The notes under the pieces were generated by a model that saw only the letters and a program-made list of their open reading frames with translations, was not told the DNA's origin and ran no database searches. Positions 25,262-35,231 of a DNA stretch of 48,626 bases are shown here, one piece after another. The stretch is from a candidate division WOR-3 bacterium (lineage in GTDB: Bacteria > Hydrothermota > UBA3073 > JACQXS01), in assembly GCA_023129235.1 (NCBI GenBank), contig JAGMCN010000013.1:1-48626 (forward strand), in the 5' to 3' direction. Within the stretch, counting starts at the first letter, position 1; every line of letters starts with the position of its first letter. Both the position numbers and the translations under genes were made by a program.

Positions 25262-25852
25262 TTAATCTATTCTAAATCGGGTAAATCTTTTTATGTATAT
25301 ATTTTCTCTAAGTTTTCCAATGTATTCTTTTATTAACTCATTTATAGTTATTTCGGAATTCTTTATAAATGGTTGTTCAAGTAAACATACTTCTTTATAA
25401 AACTTTTCAAGCTTTCCTTGAGTAATCTGCTCTATTACTTTATCCGGCTTTCCAGACTCTTTTGCCTGAGTGTTATATATTTCAAGCTCATGCTCTATCT
25501 CTTCTTTTGGAATTTCTTCTCTGGATACCCATCTGGGATTAATTGCAGCTACCTGCATTGCAAGGTCCTTCGCAAGTTGCTTAAATTCAGGAGTTCTTAC
25601 AGTAAAATCTGTTTCGCAACGAAGTTCAATAATAACTCCAAGCCTTGAGCCTGGGTGGATATAAGTTTCAATTATACCTTCACCTGCAATTCTTCCTAAT
25701 TTTTCGTCTGCCTTTGCAATACCCTTTTTTCTTAAATAATCAATAGCTTCTTCTATATTATTTACAGCAAGTAAAGCACGTTTACAATTCATTATTCCTG
25801 CTCCTGTTCTTGCCCGCAACTCCTTTATTGAATTAACGCCTATCTCTTTCAT
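25262..25852 (-). CDS. tsf: Elongation factor Ts (short form)
   Basis: 196 aa with an N-terminal UBA-like segment (IKELRARTGAGIMNCKRAL) and a conserved core. Confidence 0.95.
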   Translation of the reverse strand: MKEIGVNSIKELRARTGAGIMNCKRALLAVNNIEEAIDYLRKKGIAKADEKLGRIAGEGIIETYIHPGSRLGVIIELRCETDFTVRTPEFKQLAKDLAMQVAAINPRWVSREEIPKEEIEHELEIYNTQAKESGKPDKVIEQITQGKLEKFYKEVCLLEQPFIKNSEITINELIKEYIGKLRENIYIKRFTRFRID

Positions 25853-26565
25853 TTACTTTCAACTTCTTTATGCTTATTAAACTCCTCGGTTCCCTCTAAA
25901 ACCGAGCTCGCAATTGCAGCAGTTATTAAATTTACAGACTTCATTGAATCATCATTTCCGGGAATCGGGTAAGTTATTTCTCTTGGGTCTACATTTGTAT
26001 CAACAATTGCTATTATGGGAAGTCCAAGCTTTACCACTTCATGAACAGCCAACTTCTCCTTTTTAATATCCGTTACATAAACAATTCCGGGAAATTCCTC
26101 CATATCCTTTATCCCATCTAGACCACGATGCATCTTTGTAAGTTCTTTGTCAATTGACAATCTTTCTTTCTTTGTAAGTTTATTTAATTCACCCTTCTCC
26201 TTTTGTTCTTCAAGCGATTTCATTTTTTCAACACTCTTTCTTATTGTAGAAAAGTTTGTGAGAGTTCCACCGAGCCATCGATGAACACAATAAAAAGCTC
26301 CACACCTTATGGCATCCTTTTTTACCTCATCAGCAAATTGTCTTTTCGTCCCCACAAACAATATTTTTTTTCCTTCGCTTGCTATTTTCTTTGCCTCTTC
26401 GCATGCGCGACTGAGAAGTTCGAGAGTTTTTTCGGGGTCAATTACACAAATTCCCTTGCGTTCTGCAAATATATAAGGCTCCATCTTTGGATTCCAGCTC
26501 TCTCGTTTGTGTCCAAGATGAACTCCCGCTTCTATTAAGCTCTTTATGGTTATCGTTTGGTCCAT
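25849..26565 (-). CDS. rpsB: 30S ribosomal protein S2
   Basis: 238 aa with LIEAGVHLGHKRESWNPKM. The canonical rpsB-tsf pair. Confidence 0.95.
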   Translation of the reverse strand: MDQTITIKSLIEAGVHLGHKRESWNPKMEPYIFAERKGICVIDPEKTLELLSRACEEAKKIASEGKKILFVGTKRQFADEVKKDAIRCGAFYCVHRWLGGTLTNFSTIRKSVEKMKSLEEQKEKGELNKLTKKERLSIDKELTKMHRGLDGIKDMEEFPGIVYVTDIKKEKLAVHEVVKLGLPIIAIVDTNVDPREITYPIPGNDDSMKSVNLITAAIASSVLEGTEEFNKHKEVESK

Positions 26566-26936
26566 TGGAATGATTTCCTTGCTTTTGCTTTACCGTATTT
26601 TTTGCGTTCTTTCTCTCTCGGGTCACGCTTCAGCAATCCTTTTGACTTAAGAGACTTTCTAAATTCCGGGTTAACCCTTAAAAGTGCCCTTGCAATACCG
26701 AGTGCCAACGCCCCGGCTTGACCTGACAAACCACCCCCGTTGACAGTGACAATTGCATCAAACTGGATATCACTTTTTATCGTGTGAAAAGGAAGTTCAA
26801 TATATTTTAGAAAATCGTCTCTGCCAAAATAATCTTTGGGATTCTTGCCATTTACAGTTATATTTCCTTTTCCTTCTCGCAAAATTACTTGAGCTGTTGC
26901 TCTTTTCCTTCTTCCTATGGCTATGATTTGTTCCAT
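26550..26936 (-). CDS. rpsI: 30S ribosomal protein S9
   Basis: 128 aa with GGGLSGQAGALALGIARAL and the C-terminal KKYGKAKARK...KR. Confidence 0.95.
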   Translation of the reverse strand: MEQIIAIGRRKRATAQVILREGKGNITVNGKNPKDYFGRDDFLKYIELPFHTIKSDIQFDAIVTVNGGGLSGQAGALALGIARALLRVNPEFRKSLKSKGLLKRDPREKERKKYGKAKARKSFQWTKR

Positions 26937-27332
26937 TTATATCTCTAATTTAGTCGGAGCTTGAGCCTGATGAGGATGCTCCGACCCCCGATATATCTTG
27001 AGTTTGTTTAACCTTCGGGCTCTCAATCGGTTTTTGGGAAGCATTCCGCGAACTGCATGATAAATTATCCGTTCGGGATGTTCTTCCATCATACGGTCAA
27101 ATCTTATGAACTTAAGCCCTGAAGGATACCCGGAGTACCTTTTGTAAAATTTCTTTTCCTCTTTGCCCCCGGTAACGGCAACTTTTTCGGCGTTCACGCA
27201 AACAACGGTATCCCCATCGTCTCTCCATGGGACATAAGTAGATTTATCTTTGCCCATAAGCATTTTGGCAATGTGAGTTGCAAGCCTGCCAAGTGTCCTT
27301 CCGTTTGCGTCTACGAGCCACCATTTCTCCAT
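26937..27332 (-). CDS. rplM: 50S ribosomal protein L13
   Basis: MEKWWLVDANGRTLGRLAT is the typical L13 N-terminus. The start was set at the ATG at 27332 rather than 27353. Confidence 0.93.
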   Translation of the reverse strand: MEKWWLVDANGRTLGRLATHIAKMLMGKDKSTYVPWRDDGDTVVCVNAEKVAVTGGKEEKKFYKRYSGYPSGLKFIRFDRMMEEHPERIIYHAVRGMLPKNRLRARRLNKLKIYRGSEHPHQAQAPTKLEI

Positions 27333-27341
27333 AGCTTGAGG

Positions 27342-27369
27342 AGAATAACACAAAAAACTCGGTTGTCAA
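27342..27369 (-). promoter_or_regulatory. Putative rplM promoter (TTGACA-16-TATTCT)
   Basis: On the minus strand, -35 is at 27364-27369 and -10 at 27342-27347, only 9 nt before the ATG at 27332. Confidence 0.4.
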
Positions 27370-27377
27370 GATTAAAA

Positions 27378-27406
27378 TTGACAAAAACATAAACCAAGCG
27401 TATTTT
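27378..27406 (+). promoter_or_regulatory. Putative folK promoter (TTGACA-17-TATTTT)
   Basis: -35 at 27378-27383 and -10 at 27401-27406, with the ATG at 27414 only 7 nt downstream. Confidence 0.45.
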
Positions 27407-27413
27407 TGAAACA

Positions 27414-27935
27414 ATGCAGAACGTTTATCTTGGATTTGGCTCAAATATCGGTGATAGGCTTGGGAATATTATATCTGCTATCTCAAAACTCCTATCTTGT
27501 GCTAATCTCAAAACCTGTTCTTCTGTATGGGAAACTTCGCCCTGGGGGCTTCAGGAACAATCACTTTTCTTGAATTGTGTTGGCTTGTTCGAAACAACTA
27601 TTAGCTCTATTGAGCTGCTCAAGAAGACTTCTCAAATTGAACTTGAGCTTGGCAGAAAGAGGACGCAGAAGTTTGGCCCAAGGGTCATAGATATAGATAT
27701 ATTGCTTTATAATAGAAAGACTACACACACCCCAGAGATCGTAATCCCTCATCCTCGTCTGCATGAAAGGAAATTTGTTCTCTTGCCTCTTGCTGAAATT
27801 GCGCCCGGGGTAGAACATCCTGTGTTGAAAAAGAGCATGAAAGAGCTCTTGGATTTAATAAATCAAGCTCCTGTAAAGGAGCAATGCAATCTTTTTATGA
27901 GTAAGAATAAATTTTTCTCAAAAGTGAAACCCTGA
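27414..27935 (+). CDS. folK: 2-amino-4-hydroxy-6-hydroxymethyldihydropteridine pyrophosphokinase (HPPK)
   Basis: VYLGFGSNIGDR, GPRVIDIDILLY, and IPHPRLHERKFVLLPLAEI motifs. Confidence 0.9.
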   Translation: MQNVYLGFGSNIGDRLGNIISAISKLLSCANLKTCSSVWETSPWGLQEQSLFLNCVGLFETTISSIELLKKTSQIELELGRKRTQKFGPRVIDIDILLYNRKTTHTPEIVIPHPRLHERKFVLLPLAEIAPGVEHPVLKKSMKELLDLINQAPVKEQCNLFMSKNKFFSKVKP

Positions 27936-28007
27936 ATATTTTGCTTGACCTAATCTTTTCTGTCGTATAAAGTAAAGAATAACCAACGAGTAGAGCAAAA
28001 ATTGGTA

Positions 28008-28709
28008 ATGTTTAGAGGCAAACACATAAAATTACAAAGAATTTTACAGACAAAACTTAAAAGGCAAAATCACAAATTAAAATTCAAAAAAGTCTCTGAG
28101 ATTGTAGGAACTATTTTGATTGGAACTACTTTGATAGATATGCTGTCTTTGGCGCAAGGACAGGAAGTTGTATGTGGAGAGAAGAGTTATGAAAACAGGA
28201 AAGAATTGGGCATCACGGTCACCAACAACGCAACCTTCAATTTATTGAATAATATTGTTGGTCAAACAGGAGAAAAAGAACGCGACATATCAGCGAACTT
28301 CACAGTAGTAGGAATGATTACAGGGATTCTTCATTCTGGTTTAGTTCCCACAAGATTTGCAATGGAGGACGGGGGGCTTTACCAAGAGAAGTGGGGAGTT
28401 GTTCTCCCTGTGTGTATCGCGGATGTGGCCGCAGGATTGCTGGGAGGCCATACAACTGGGTTGGTATGCAATGGATGGCTTAATGAATGGGAAGGTGGAA
28501 CAAGGACTTTCTTTAAGGGCTTTACCGCAGGAATTCTTGGAGGAATTATCTGGGGAGGCATAACTTCAGGAACATGGATGTTCAGCACGGATGATTACGT
28601 ACATTCTGAAGATTACAGAAAATACAATACGAAATTCTTTTCAAGTGTAGGCACAGGCATTGTGCTTAACAGTATCGGACAAGGCGTTATCGCCATTTTT
28701 TCAAGATAG
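28008..28709 (+). CDS. Hypothetical Gly-rich membrane protein
   Basis: About 233 aa with a Lys-rich N-terminus, a signal/TM segment and Gly-rich hydrophobic segments. I recognise no family. Confidence 0.4.
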   Translation: MFRGKHIKLQRILQTKLKRQNHKLKFKKVSEIVGTILIGTTLIDMLSLAQGQEVVCGEKSYENRKELGITVTNNATFNLLNNIVGQTGEKERDISANFTVVGMITGILHSGLVPTRFAMEDGGLYQEKWGVVLPVCIADVAAGLLGGHTTGLVCNGWLNEWEGGTRTFFKGFTAGILGGIIWGGITSGTWMFSTDDYVHSEDYRKYNTKFFSSVGTGIVLNSIGQGVIAIFSR

Positions 28710-28744
28710 TTCTGACTCCAGTCGCTGACTTGAGAATAGAGAAA

Positions 28745-30007
28745 ATGAAAGTATATAGCGTATCGGAGATTACAGCAGGAATAAAGGAACTTCTGGAAAG
28801 CGAGTTTCCAGAAGCTTGGATTGAAGGAGAAGTTACGGATTATAGACCATCGCCAACAGGACACCTTTATTTTAGCTTAAAAGACGAGTTTGCACTACTT
28901 AACTGCATAATATGGAAAGAAAATCGGACTCTTGCAACTGTGGCATTGAAAAATGGGGCGAAAGTAAGAATTTATGGGAATTTGCGAGTTTATGCAAAAG
29001 GCGGGAGATATAATCTGCAAGTTGAACGTGTATATCCTATGGGAATTGGAGAACTTCAAATTAAGTTTGAAGAATTAAAGCATAAGTTAGCTCAAGAAGG
29101 ACTTTTTGCTTCAGCTCACAAAAAGCCCATTCCTCGTTGGGTAAACCGAATAGGAGTTATTACTGCACTTGATGGAGCCGCAGTTCGGGATATAATTAGA
29201 GTTGCCCACAGGAGATACCCCGGGATTCAAATAATTGTAAGGTCTTCAAGGGTTCAGGGAGCTGGAGCGGCACAAGATATTGCACAGGGGATAATGGAGT
29301 TTAACGAGTACGGAGAAGTAGATTTGCTCATTGTTGGTAGAGGAGGTGGCTCAATTGAGGCCCTTTGGGCTTTTAACGAAGAGGTAGTTGCACAGGCAAT
29401 ATATAATTCAAGAATTCCTGTAATATCAGCAGTTGGGCATGAAATTGACTGGACGATAGCAGATTTTGTGGCTGACTACCGGGCTCCGACTCCATCAGCC
29501 GCCGCCGAGATTGCTGTTGCAGACAGCGAAGAGATTCTGGAAAAATTAAGCAGTTTTGAGCATAGAATTGAAGACAGGACAAGGAAGAACATTGAGGACG
29601 CCCGGGATAAAATAAACTCCATAGAGAGGAGCTATGGATTAAAACGACTTTTTGATTTAATACATACTCATTGGCAGACAATAGATGAATTTGGTTATAG
29701 GATTGGGATCTCTTTTGCTCATCCACTGGAACAAAAGAGGGCAGAGTTTGAATTTACGGTTCAAAGATTTAATCAGGGAATGAAGCATTTTTTAGAGTGG
29801 GAATTGCAGAGAATAAAGGTAATAGACGCCAGGATGCGGGGAATAAACCCCCGCGCTACTTTGCAAAGAGGGTATAGCATTTGCTATAAGCTTCCGGAGA
29901 AAAAGGTGGTTAAGATGAGCAATGCCCTTCTCCCAAAAGAGAAGGTAGAGATTGAGTTTTATGAGGGCAAAGCAGAATGTGAGGTGTTAAATGCAAATGA
30001 AGTTTGA
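28745..30007 (+). CDS. xseA: Exodeoxyribonuclease VII large subunit
   Basis: The MKVYSVSEIT start and OB-fold N-terminus (GEVTDYRPSPTGHLYFSLKD) fit the family. GRGGGSIEALWAFN is present. Confidence 0.9.
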   Translation: MKVYSVSEITAGIKELLESEFPEAWIEGEVTDYRPSPTGHLYFSLKDEFALLNCIIWKENRTLATVALKNGAKVRIYGNLRVYAKGGRYNLQVERVYPMGIGELQIKFEELKHKLAQEGLFASAHKKPIPRWVNRIGVITALDGAAVRDIIRVAHRRYPGIQIIVRSSRVQGAGAAQDIAQGIMEFNEYGEVDLLIVGRGGGSIEALWAFNEEVVAQAIYNSRIPVISAVGHEIDWTIADFVADYRAPTPSAAAEIAVADSEEILEKLSSFEHRIEDRTRKNIEDARDKINSIERSYGLKRLFDLIHTHWQTIDEFGYRIGISFAHPLEQKRAEFEFTVQRFNQGMKHFLEWELQRIKVIDARMRGINPRATLQRGYSICYKLPEKKVVKMSNALLPKEKVEIEFYEGKAECEVLNANEV

Positions 30008-30230
30008 GGAAGCATTAAAAAGGATTGAGGAAATTGTTGGTAAGCTTGAGCAAGGAGATGTCTCGCTTGATGATTCGTTAAAGCTTTACGAAGAAGGGCA
30101 ATCTTTAATCAAATTCTGTAGAGAGAAACTTACAAAAGTAGAGGAGAAAGTAAGGGAACTCGTCCACACAGAAAAAGGGGATTTTAAGCTAAAGGATACA
30201 AGAATAGAAAAGAGTGAAGAAGAGAGATAA
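29991..30230 (+). CDS. xseB: Exodeoxyribonuclease VII small subunit
   Basis: 79 aa with FEEALKRIEEIVGKLEQGDVSLDDSLKLYEEG. It overlaps the xseA stop. Confidence 0.9.
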   Translation: MQMKFEEALKRIEEIVGKLEQGDVSLDDSLKLYEEGQSLIKFCREKLTKVEEKVRELVHTEKGDFKLKDTRIEKSEEER

Positions 30231-30235
30231 GCATT

Positions 30236-30401
30236 AACCACGAATGACACGAATTATCACGAAAAAGATTAGCACACAGATTCACACAGATTGGAAAGAT
30301 AGTCACAGATTATATTCTATCAAGACTGTGTAAATCTATTTTATCTGTGAACATCTGTGTGCAGTTTTCTAATTCGTGTCCATTTGTGTTAATTCGTGGT
30401 T
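30236..30401. repeat. Full-length 166-bp imperfect palindromic element (AACCACGAA ... TTCGTGGTT), copy 1
   Basis: About 93% identical (10 substitutions and 1 indel) to 35232-35398. It contains the 19-mer core at 30271-30289. Confidence 0.85.
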
Positions 30402-30433
30402 CAAAAATCTTTTTAATGTATTTTCTGATATAA

Positions 30434-32314
30434 ATGGAATATAAACTTATATTAAACCATATTGACTCGCCAAAGGACATTAAGGAATTATCTATAAAAG
30501 AATTAATGGGGCTTGCCAATGAGATTCGTGAGGAGATAATAGATGTTGTTTCAAAAACTGGTGGGCACATTGGTCCCTCGCTTGGTGCAGTAGAGCTTAC
30601 CCTTGCTCTTCATCGGGTATTTGACACCCCAAGAGATAAAATAATCTGGGATGTAGGGCACCAATCTTATGCCCATAAACTTATAACGGGAAGGCGAAAA
30701 GAGATGCACACCCTGCGTCAACACAAAGGTATTGCTGGTTTCCCAAGACGTGAGGAGAGTGAATACGATGCATTTGGGACAGGGCACGCAGGCACCGCAA
30801 TATCCGCTGGTCTTGGAATGGCGGTGGCAAGAGATTTAAATAATGAGAACTTCAAAGTAATAGCTGTAATTGGAGATGGAGCTCTAACCTCTGGAGAATC
30901 TTACGAAGGACTCAATCAGATGGGGTTTGTGCGAGAGGACATGATAGTCGTGCTTAATGATAATCAGATGTCTATATCGGAAAATGTTGGTGGACTTGCG
31001 CATTACTTAAATCGCATTGTTATGACCCCTGTTTATACTTATCTCAAAGCCGATGTTTGGGATCTTATGGACAAGCTCCCAGGGAATATTAGCAAGAAAG
31101 CAAAAGATGTTACAAGAAGATTAAAAGAGGGCTTGAAAAACTTCGTTGTTCCTACCATCTTTTTTGAGGAGCTTGGGGTCAGATATATCGGACCACTTGA
31201 TGGACACGACATCCGAACACTTATAGAAAATCTCAAGTATGTAAAGAATTTAAAAGAGCCGGTGCTTGTCCATATAATAACAGAAAAAGGTAGAGGATAT
31301 AAACCTGCTCTACAAGAACCCGCAAGGTTTCACGGATTATCAGCGTTTGATAAGCTTACAGGTAAATCCTTAAAAGAGAGTAGGGTTCCCACTTATAGTG
31401 ATGTATTTGGAGAAACGATGGTTGAGCTTGCACATAAAGACAAGCGTGTGGTAGCAATAACAGCGGCTATGCCAGATGGAACAGGACTCAGCAAATTTAG
31501 AGATACCTTTCCTGATAGATTTTTTGATGTGGGAATCGCAGAGCAACACGCAGTTACTTTTGCGGCAGGGCTTGCACTTGAGGACTTAAAACCCGTTTGT
31601 GCTATATACTCTACTTTCTTGCAGAGGGGATTTGACCAGGTGCTACATGATGTTTGCCTTCAGCGGATACCCGTTGTTTTTGCAATAGACCGAGCAGGAA
31701 TAGTAGGTGCGGATGGACCCACTCATCAAGGGGCATTTGATTTATCTTATTTGAGATGCATGCCAAATCTTGTGATTGCTGCACCAAAGGATGCTGAGGA
31801 GTTCAGGAATATGTTATACACTGCAATAAATTATACCAAAGGACCTATTGCAATAAGGTATCCGAGAACTAATATCCCGGATGACCTGTCTATTGGTAGG
31901 AGCAAACTCAAGTGTCTGCCCATCGGAGAGGCGGAAGTATTAAAAGAGGGGAAAAAGGGGATGATTTTAGCTATTGGCTCAATGGTATATCCGGCACTGG
32001 AAGTTGCCAAAGAACTGGATTTAGGAGTAGTAAATGCAAGGTTTGTAAAGCCATTGGACGAGAAGTTACTCAAGAAAATTGTAGGGGCATATCACGATAC
32101 ACCCAAAATCATAACTATTGAGGAAAACACGATTAATGGGGGCTTTGGCTCAGCAGGCTTGGAATTCTTTAGCAAACAAGGGATTCAGGTAGACTTACTT
32201 ATGATTGGCTTGCCTGACAAATTTATAGAACATGGCTCTCGCAAAATATTACTTGAAAAATATGGCTTAACTCCTCTCAAGATAAAACAAAGGATAAAGA
32301 AATTTCTTGGGTAA
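30434..32314 (+). CDS. dxs: 1-deoxy-D-xylulose-5-phosphate synthase
   Basis: 626 aa with GGHIGPSLGAVELTLALH, DVGHQSYAHK, the GDGALTSG ThDP motif, and a transketolase-like C-terminus. Confidence 0.95.
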   Translation: MEYKLILNHIDSPKDIKELSIKELMGLANEIREEIIDVVSKTGGHIGPSLGAVELTLALHRVFDTPRDKIIWDVGHQSYAHKLITGRRKEMHTLRQHKGIAGFPRREESEYDAFGTGHAGTAISAGLGMAVARDLNNENFKVIAVIGDGALTSGESYEGLNQMGFVREDMIVVLNDNQMSISENVGGLAHYLNRIVMTPVYTYLKADVWDLMDKLPGNISKKAKDVTRRLKEGLKNFVVPTIFFEELGVRYIGPLDGHDIRTLIENLKYVKNLKEPVLVHIITEKGRGYKPALQEPARFHGLSAFDKLTGKSLKESRVPTYSDVFGETMVELAHKDKRVVAITAAMPDGTGLSKFRDTFPDRFFDVGIAEQHAVTFAAGLALEDLKPVCAIYSTFLQRGFDQVLHDVCLQRIPVVFAIDRAGIVGADGPTHQGAFDLSYLRCMPNLVIAAPKDAEEFRNMLYTAINYTKGPIAIRYPRTNIPDDLSIGRSKLKCLPIGEAEVLKEGKKGMILAIGSMVYPALEVAKELDLGVVNARFVKPLDEKLLKKIVGAYHDTPKIITIEENTINGGFGSAGLEFFSKQGIQVDLLMIGLPDKFIEHGSRKILLEKYGLTPLKIKQRIKKFLG

Positions 32315-32320
32315 GAGAAA

Positions 32321-35001
32321 ATGATTAACGAATTAATTTTGTTTATCTTGCTTACAGTCAATTCGGGAGATACCACTGATATTGATTCTGTTTTTGCTGA
32401 TACCACCGCTGATTCTATTCTTGCTAATACTACGATATTTATTGATAAAAAAGACCTTGAATGGATGCCTATTTCGGAAATTTTAGCTCAACAAATTGGT
32501 ATAGTTAAAACAGGTACAGGATTACACTTTCGGGGTGGAGACATTGGAGAAGAAGTATTTTTTGTAGACGGCATAGAAGTTACAGACCCAGTTTATAGAG
32601 TTCCTTATATAGCTTTCAACCGAGATGCTATTTCTGAAATGTCAATCACTCTTGATGGATTTGATGCAGAATATGGCAACTCTTCTTCGGGAACAGTGAA
32701 TATATTAACCAAAGAAGGCACCGAACATTACGATGGAGAGATAAGGTATTTCACGAACACTGATATTGGAGAGCATAGGTGTAATCTAAATGTTGGTGGA
32801 CCCTTTCCCTTGCTTAAGAATATAACCTTTTTCGCATCTGGCAATATGGATACGACGGATAACCATTCTCCGAGCATTTTGCCAAAGCCAAATAACGCTC
32901 TTTGTCAAGGGAACGGAATGGCAAAGATAAACTGGAAGCCAATATCTTCTTTGAAAATTGGTTTAAAAGGGGAGCTATTACATCAGAAATACAAGATTTA
33001 TGACCACAGGAGGTCTCGTGGAGCCTGGTTTGAAGATTGGCCTCTTTGTAAATTTGACTACTCTGCAATAAATTTATTTCTGACGCATAATATTACTCGC
33101 AATACTTCTTATACTGTAAATTTTGGCAAAACGAGTTCTCATTTTAAGGCAAGCTCACAGGGAGGCAAATCTTATAATGAGTGGAAAACAATTGGGACAC
33201 GACTTCCCTGGGTTAACGTGGCTGAAGATTCTTTGTGGTATAATCCTGAGACGAAGAAATGGAAAGAAGGTTGGTCAGAAGAACGTGCATGGATGTGGTA
33301 TTATGAGAATATAAATAAGCTTGGATATTGGAATCCAAGTGCAGGCAAATGGGAATGGAATTTTGATGCAGAACCAAAGGATATTATTGATGCATTAGAG
33401 TTTAGATGCTATCAAACGGGCACTTATCTTATGAGTTCCACTTCACGAGAAGGCGATGAACTTATTTATACGAGAGGAGATAGTATATATATTTACTATC
33501 ATAAGTTCAATCTTGACAAATATGTTAGGGATTTAGAGAGATATGTGGCGGATGAAATTGGTGCAGCTGAAATTGAGCCATCGGGAAATTTGTATATGAC
33601 AAGATATAACACCGATGAATGGGGCCGTTTTGAGTATAATTTTTATCCATTCTGGGAAAAGCAAGAACATTTAAAGAATTTTGCGAATTTCTCATTTGCC
33701 TCCAGAATAGGTAAATATAACAAAGTAAAATTGGGTGGTTCTTTAAAGAAATACGAGATGAGTTCAACCAAACTTAACTTTATAAATCGCAATCCTTATT
33801 TGAGCAGTTATGAAGGAGAACCAAGAGTTTATGCTGTTTATTTATCGGATAAGATTAAATGCGAGGAATTAAAGATTAATGCTGGAATAAGACTCGATTG
33901 CTTTGACCCGGCTTCAGAATGTTTTATCCATCTTGATAGCCTTGACGCCGGGAAAAAGTCAGCCGAGACAAAATATGGAGTGAGTCCAAGAATTAAAGTG
34001 GCTTTCCATATTTTTGATAAGTCAGTAATATATGTTAATTATGGTCATTTTTATAAACCTCATAACTTTGCTTACTTGTATCAAAATCTTAATCCTGCCT
34101 TGGATATAGGTTGGCCTACGATAGGAAATCCTGACCTTCCGTTGCAAAAACTATTATGTATGCAAGTGGAATAAGACAAAAATTACCTTTAGATTTTGTA
34201 TTAGGAGCATCAGCTTATTGCAAGGATATGAAAAATTTATTGACTACCCGAACAATGACTACAATCTGGCGTCATAAACTTGCATCTTATACCATTGTTG
34301 AGGCAGAAAATGAGGCAAAAGTTTATGGAGTAGATTTAGCTCTAAACAAAAAGATGTCAAATCATCTTTCTGGAGCGATTGGTTATTCTTATTTAAATGC
34401 TAAGGGAGTTGGAGTTTCCCCAGAAGTATGGTTTTATTATCATTATTACGGAATACCTCCCCCTGCAAGCGAGTATTCTTTGGAAGTTGACGAAGTCCAC
34501 TCGTGGAACGCAAATATTCATTTCTCCTTACCTTCTGTAACATCATTTAAACCTATTTCTAATCTAAATTTTGACCTCCGATACACATACACAACAGGTG
34601 CACTTTTTGACAGTACTGGCCAAAAGGGAACGTTTGCAGGAAAGGGAAGGATGCCACCTACTTCTCGGGTAGATATGAGAATAGAGAAAGGATTCAAGAT
34701 TGCTGGAGTAAAATTAGGATTATTTATGAATGTATGGAATGTATTTAATTATCAGAACGTTTTAAATGTCTATTCCGGTACCGGAGAACCTGATAATAAT
34801 GGAAATCCCCCAAAATGGGATGAGACCATCTATACTGCTGTATATAATAGCCGTGAAGAATATTATCAAGAAAGATATGGATGGGATAGTCCTCGAGAGA
34901 TGTATCGGGCTAATGTTGAGAACTGGGGAAAGTATTATAATAACCCAGGCCACTATGATATTCCCCGAATCATCCAATTTGGTCTCGTTACCCATTTTTG
35001 A
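32321..35001 (+). pseudogene. TonB-dependent-receptor-like outer-membrane protein split by a 1-nt frame shift
   Basis: Plug-like motif GLHFRGGDIGEEVFFVDGIEVTDP. ORFs 32321-34174 and 34156-35001 overlap in different frames. Adding one A to the A5 run at 34146-34150 joins them (…NPDLPLQKTIMYASGIRQKL…). Confidence 0.65.
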
Positions 35002-35016
35002 CTTGTGTAAACAGCT

Positions 35017-35226
35017 ATGGACAGAATAACTAAAGAGATGACGGTTGAGGAGGTTATTGAAAGATATTCGGATACAGTGAAGGTTTTTATGGACTTGAGG
35101 ATTCCCTGTCTTGTGTGTGGAGAGCCGTTATGGGGGACTATTGAAGAAACTGCCGAAAGATATAATGTTGAGCTTGATATTTTACTTGAGAAACTTAACC
35201 AGGTTTTGGATAATAAGTTTAAGTAA
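35017..35226 (+). CDS. DUF1858-type small redox/disulfide domain protein
   Basis: 69 aa with TVEEVIERYSDTVKVFMDLRIPCLVCGEPLWGTIEE. Confidence 0.7.
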   Translation: MDRITKEMTVEEVIERYSDTVKVFMDLRIPCLVCGEPLWGTIEETAERYNVELDILLEKLNQVLDNKFK

Positions 35227-35231
35227 TAATT

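Noticed and set aside
28011-28095. Lys-rich N-terminal 30 codons of ORF 28008 resembling the AATCACAAA/ACAAAG word vocabulary
   Set aside because: The similarity to the repeat family is loose, and no better start codon exists downstream before the signal-like segment. I could not decide whether this is repeat-derived, so it is noted but not claimed.
30310-30570. 86-aa minus-strand ORF spanning the palindromic element and the dxs start
   Set aside because: It is encoded by the repeat (a typical ...NTNGHELENCTQMFTDKIDLH... translation of word repeats) and is antisense to the well-supported dxs N-terminus. It is a spurious ORF.
32366-32425. About 30-nt tandem duplication (gataccac.g.t..tgattct.tt.ttgct x2) at the N-terminus of the TBDR-like gene
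   Set aside because: It is real in the sequence (DTTDIDSVFA / DTTADSILA) but is a simple local duplication in a probable linker. I see no evidence for functional significance.
34140-34160. Programmed -1 ribosomal frameshift in the TBDR-like gene
   Set aside because: The site (G CAA AAA CTA) is not an X XXY YYZ slippery heptamer in the upstream frame, and I saw no downstream pseudoknot or hairpin. A 1-nt homopolymer indel is the simpler explanation.
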